NCBI GenBank assembly: GCA_054661495.1
Contig: BAAFSQ010000058.1
Coordinates: 1-32,000, forward strand
Direction of reading: 5' to 3'
DNA length: 32,000 nt
From: Zygophlyctis sp. KS116
Taxonomy: Eukaryota; Fungi; Chytridiomycota
The notes beneath the pieces were generated by a model, which did no database searches, had not been told where the DNA came from, and saw only the letters and a program-made list of their open reading frames with translations. Within the stretch, counting starts at the first letter, position 1; each line of letters starts with the position of its first letter. Of this stretch, positions 28,177 through 32,000 are shown piece by piece. Position numbers and translations under genes: made by a program.

Positions 28177-29298
28177 TTATGAAGGTTTTGTATCATCATT
28201 GATGTCATCAAATAAAACATCCCTTTTCTCTACTGGACCATATTCTGGTAAAACATTTGAGGGCTTCTTTTGAGATTTTGCCACAGAGTAAACTATTCCA
28301 GCAACAAAAGCTAATTATAAAAAAAGAAGAAAATTACCAATAAATATACTTACTACACCAGTGACAGTCACAACATCACCAAAAAACAACATACCAATAA
28401 TTGCAATTGGCAACTTGTTTAGCGCTCCAACCATACTTTTAAATTAAAACTAAATAATTACCTATAAGTAGTAGAAGTTGACACTCTCATAGACCAAGAA
28501 GTAGAAAAACTAATAGCAAAAGCCGAAACACTTGACAATAATATTCCAGCTCCAAGTCCCCATAAATAACCTTCATCTACAGGATCTAAATAATCAGAGT
28601 AAAAAGCCATGTATTGAGATGATTCCGCAAAGATTGAACAAACAAATAGCACAGGAATACTTAACATACTAAAGAGATTAGATAAATTTCTAAATTACTT
28701 GTTGTAGTATACAGTATCAAAATCCTTAAACCCGACTGTAGCAATAACATTCTTCATAGACACCGCATAATAAGCAGTAGTTATACAATTTGAAACCATC
28801 CAAAAATAAGCTACAGTAATAGATGTATCATTTTTCACAACATTCCCAGAACTTATATCCCCAATAACCTGCAAGTAATGAAGAAAAAACCATTAAACCA
28901 AAAGCCAACAACATTTTTGATGACACTGGAGGACCATTAAAGAAGTTTCTTTCGGAATAAGCAATTAAAATTATAGTTAAATTCTTGAATATTGTCACTA
29001 GAGGAATAGAAAGATATTGTAATGCCTTTGATCCAGTGTAAATCATTCCTACCAATGCCAATGACACTGGGAACCATGTCCTTGCAACATTTGCATTCAG
29101 AGGCTTATGTGATAATAACTTCAATTTACTGCATCCAACCAACAAGATAACTGTAATGGCTGATTGTATTCCCAAGAGTAAAAAGTTGCAATGAAATTTG
29201 TATGATGAAAGCACCAATTTATTTGTTATTGTCATTAAAAGCGAAGAAATACAATAAGAGGATAGAGCCATGGCTTGCTGATTAAATCTCATACTCAT
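28177..29298 (-). CDS. VRG4: Golgi GDP-mannose transporter (VRG4-like); apparent frameshift near 28863
   Basis: [26 protein letters not shown]...[31 protein letters not shown]; three short introns. The frame changes between LLAGY and GDISSG with no short intron available. Confidence 0.9.
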
Positions 29299-29342
29299 TT
29301 TACGATACAAAAAATTCAACGCGTCTAGTCAGAAACGTCAAA
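29299..29342. promoter_or_regulatory. 44-nt divergent intergenic region with ACGCGT (MCB-like) at 29319-29324
   Basis: Lies between the VRG4-like and TM9SF start codons; CG-rich relative to flanks. Confidence 0.5.
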
Positions 29343-31287
29343 ATGTTGTTTGTTTGGCTAATTGTGCCGTTAAATGTCTTGGGATTTTATCTTCCAGGGG
29401 TGGCGCCCCATGATTACTCGGTTGGAGATAATGTACCGCTACTTGTAAACTCTCTCGGTGCTGTGGATGACTTGCTAAATTATGATTACTATTATCCTTC
29501 ATTTCATTTTTGTAAACCGAAAGGAGGAGAAGTTCCCCAACGTGAATCTTTGGGAAGTATTCTATTTGGAGATAGACTATACTCTTCACCTTTTACATTG
29601 TCTTTTTTAAAGAATACGACTTGTGCATCAGCGTGTGATCCAGTTAATATTCCTGCAGATGATGCACAATTTATTAATCAAAGAATTATGGAAAATTATA
29701 TGCATAATTGGGAAGTGGATGGACTTCCGGCTGCTCAATATGAAGAAGAAACGGGTTTTTATTCTTCAGGATTTGATTTAGGGGCAGTTCTTGATGATTT
29801 AAGCTATTTAAATAATCATTTTGATATTTTGATTCATTATCATGCAAAAAGTGAATCTAGATTTAGAGTAGTAGGGGTATTGGTCGCTCCAAGAAGGTAA
29901 GAATTGGGTTTTTGTGTTTTAATTATTAGTGTTTTAAAGGAAGAACAGGATAAACAATGTTCTTTTGGATCTGAAATTCCTAAAATGAAACTCAATACTC
30001 AAGGAGACTCGATAGTTAGCTTTACTTATTCTGTTTACTGGATTGAAGATCCAATTTCATGGGGGACTAGATGGGATCATTATCTTCATGTTTATGATCC
30101 TCAAATTCATTGGATTAGTATTGTAAACTCTATTGTGATTGTAATCATTTTATCTTCAATTCTTTTTGGTATTCTTATGAGAGCTTTGCGAAAGGATATT
30201 GCACGATATAATGCTGTTGATGGTTCAGAAGAAAATAATATGGAAGATTTTGGATGGAAATTAGTACACGCAGACGTATTTAGACCTCCTACTCAAAGGT
30301 AATTAAGATTTTTTTGATTGGTAGGTTGCTATTATCTGTGTTTGTTGGTACTGGGACTCAACTTATTTGTATGAGTTTTGTAACATTATGTACGTAATTA
30401 TTATGGATTTACTGATAGTCTTTGCTGTTATAGGACTATTATCACCTTCATCTAGAGGGGCTTTAGGAACAATGTCAGTGGTAATTTACGTCTTGTTCTC
30501 GAGTATTGCAGGTTATATGTCTTCTGGTCTCTACAAATCACTCAATGGAGAACATTGGAAGAAAAATATTTTAGCTACTGCAACACTTGTCCCTGGATTT
30601 TGCTTTTTAATTCTCTTGACTCTAAATGCCTTCTTAAACTACTCAAAATCATCTGCAGCTGTTCCTACGGGGACACTATTTGCCCTGATCAGCATGTGGT
30701 TTTTGATTTCAATCCCACTGTGTGTTTTTGGTAGTTATTGGGGATACAAGAAACCAAAAGTTGAAAATCCTGCTAAAACTAACCAAATCCCAAGACAGAT
30801 TCCTCCATATCCTTTCTACCTGAATAAGTGGATTTCAGCACTTATTGGTGGACTATTACCATTTGGAGCCATTTTTGTAGAATTATACTTTATTCTCAAC
30901 AGTTTGTGGTACCATCAGATATATTACATGTTTGGCTTTCTCTTTATTGTCTTTGTACTTTTGATTACAACCTGTTCTCTGATTTCTATAATCATGTGCT
31001 ATTTCCATCTTTGCGTTGAAGACTATAATTGGCAATGGAGATCATTCATGACTCCAGCCATGTCTGGATACTATGTATTTTTGTATTCTGTGCTAGTATT
31101 TAGCAAGAAACTACGTAATACTATTTTTTTTTAATCGCTAGATTTGGTAAATACCTCCTCTGCAGTTTTATTCTTTGGATGGTCCTTTGTTTTATCTGTC
31201 TTGTTTTCTTTACTGACTGGATCAGTTGGTTATATAGCAACAAGAATATTTGTGAGGAAGATTTTTGGTTCAATAAAGGTTGATTAA
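29343..31287 (+). CDS. Transmembrane 9 superfamily (nonaspanin, EMP70/TMN-like) protein
   Basis: Signal peptide plus FYLPGVAP, ESLGSIL, WGTRWDHYL, IHWISIVNS, GWKLVHADVFRPP, TNQIPRQIP and C-terminal KVD*; 4 short introns. Confidence 0.96.
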
Positions 31288-31319
31288 GTTGTTTCTTTTT
31301 CATCATCAAGCACTAGTAA

Positions 31320-31881
31320 ATGTCCAGTCCAGAAGAATTTATGATGATTGCTCTCTCTAAAGCCCAAGAAGCACTTGATCAAAAAGAAGTTCCAGTCGGT
31401 TGTGTTTTTGTAAATCAAGCTAAAGTTTTAGCAACCGGCATAAATCAAACCAATGTATCTTTAAATGTAAGATTTAATATTTTATAAATAGGGGACCAGA
31501 CATGCAGAGATGGTTGCTATTGATAAGATTTTTGAGCAAATACCGTCTGATCAAACTATTTCAGAGTTTACAGCCTCTATTTTCCCTGAAACTGATCTTT
31601 ATGTCACTGTTGAACCTTGCATTATGTGTGCTGCTGCTTTAAGGCAACTAGGAATAAGAAGAGTTTACTTTGGATGTAGCAATGATCGCTTTGGAGGAAA
31701 TGGTACAGTTTTCTCACTTCACTCTGATCATCATGCCAAATATCCACCATATGAAGTAGTCTCTGGACTTTTTCGTAAAGAAGCAATTATTCTATTAAGA
31801 TCGTTTTATATTCAGGAAAACGATCATGCCCCGATTCCAAAAAAGAAGAATAATCGGATATTGAAAACAGATAATATTTAA
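31320..31881 (+). CDS. TAD2: tRNA adenosine-34 deaminase catalytic subunit (TAD2/ADAT2)
   Basis: EVPVGCVFV; 25-nt intron 31467-31491; TRHAEM, VTVEPCIMC, GCSNDRFGGNG, FYIQENDHAP. Confidence 0.95.
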
Positions 31882-32000
31882 TACAAACACAAAGACTCCA
31901 AGAGATTGGAGTTAAGGAGCGCGTTTGTGCTAAAATGAGTATTTGCTCCTCGAATAAAGACTGTTTATCTACTGAAACATGCATTGCTTCCAAATGCGCA
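31787..32000 (-). CDS. Possible 3' end of a convergent gene entering from the window edge
   Basis: One minus-strand frame is open from the edge to 31787. No family recognised, and it would overlap TAD2 by 95 nt. Confidence 0.25.
   Translation of the reverse strand, partial: AHLEAMHVSVDKQSLFEEQILILAQTRSLTPISWSLCVCIKYYLFSISDYSSFLESGHDRFPEYKTILIE

Noticed and set aside
31880-32000. U4 snRNA-like words on the minus strand (TGCGCA, TTTATTCGAGG, terminal hairpin)
   Set aside because: Spacing is wrong, there is no U6-pairing stem I sequence and no convincing Sm site.

Overview
AT-rich (roughly 30-33% GC by eye), extremely compact eukaryotic DNA. The gene set and protein sequences are fungal-like; an early-diverging or zoosporic fungus is my inference, not something the sequence shows directly. 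I reconstructed 16 protein-coding genes by hand: eIF5, RPT6, a SHOC1/Zip2-like meiotic XPF-fold protein, PRMT3, profilin, MO25/HYM1, TRAPPC13, HIR3, a small orphan membrane protein, a full-length myosin II, a tail-truncated myosin II paralog, a minimal SET-domain protein, a BZZ1/FCHSD-like F-BAR protein with 4 SH3 domains, a GDP-mannose transporter, a TM9SF protein and TAD2. A possible partial gene lies at the right edge. The genes are split by about 70 tiny GT-AG introns (23-33 nt, one 65-nt outlier), which explains the fragmented ORF track. Gaps between coding regions run from -14 to 120 nt. Main points of interest: (i) an intact, roughly 950-aa short-tailed myosin II directly upstream of the full-length gene, sharing a 216-nt 100%-identical tract that includes an intron; (ii) same-strand gene overlap and 21-49 nt tandem spacers; (iii) an apparently length-defined splicing system with degenerate signals; (iv) a frameshift in the VRG4-like gene; (v) a poor-context uORF before eIF5. 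No rRNA, tRNA, CRISPR or mobile element was recognised.
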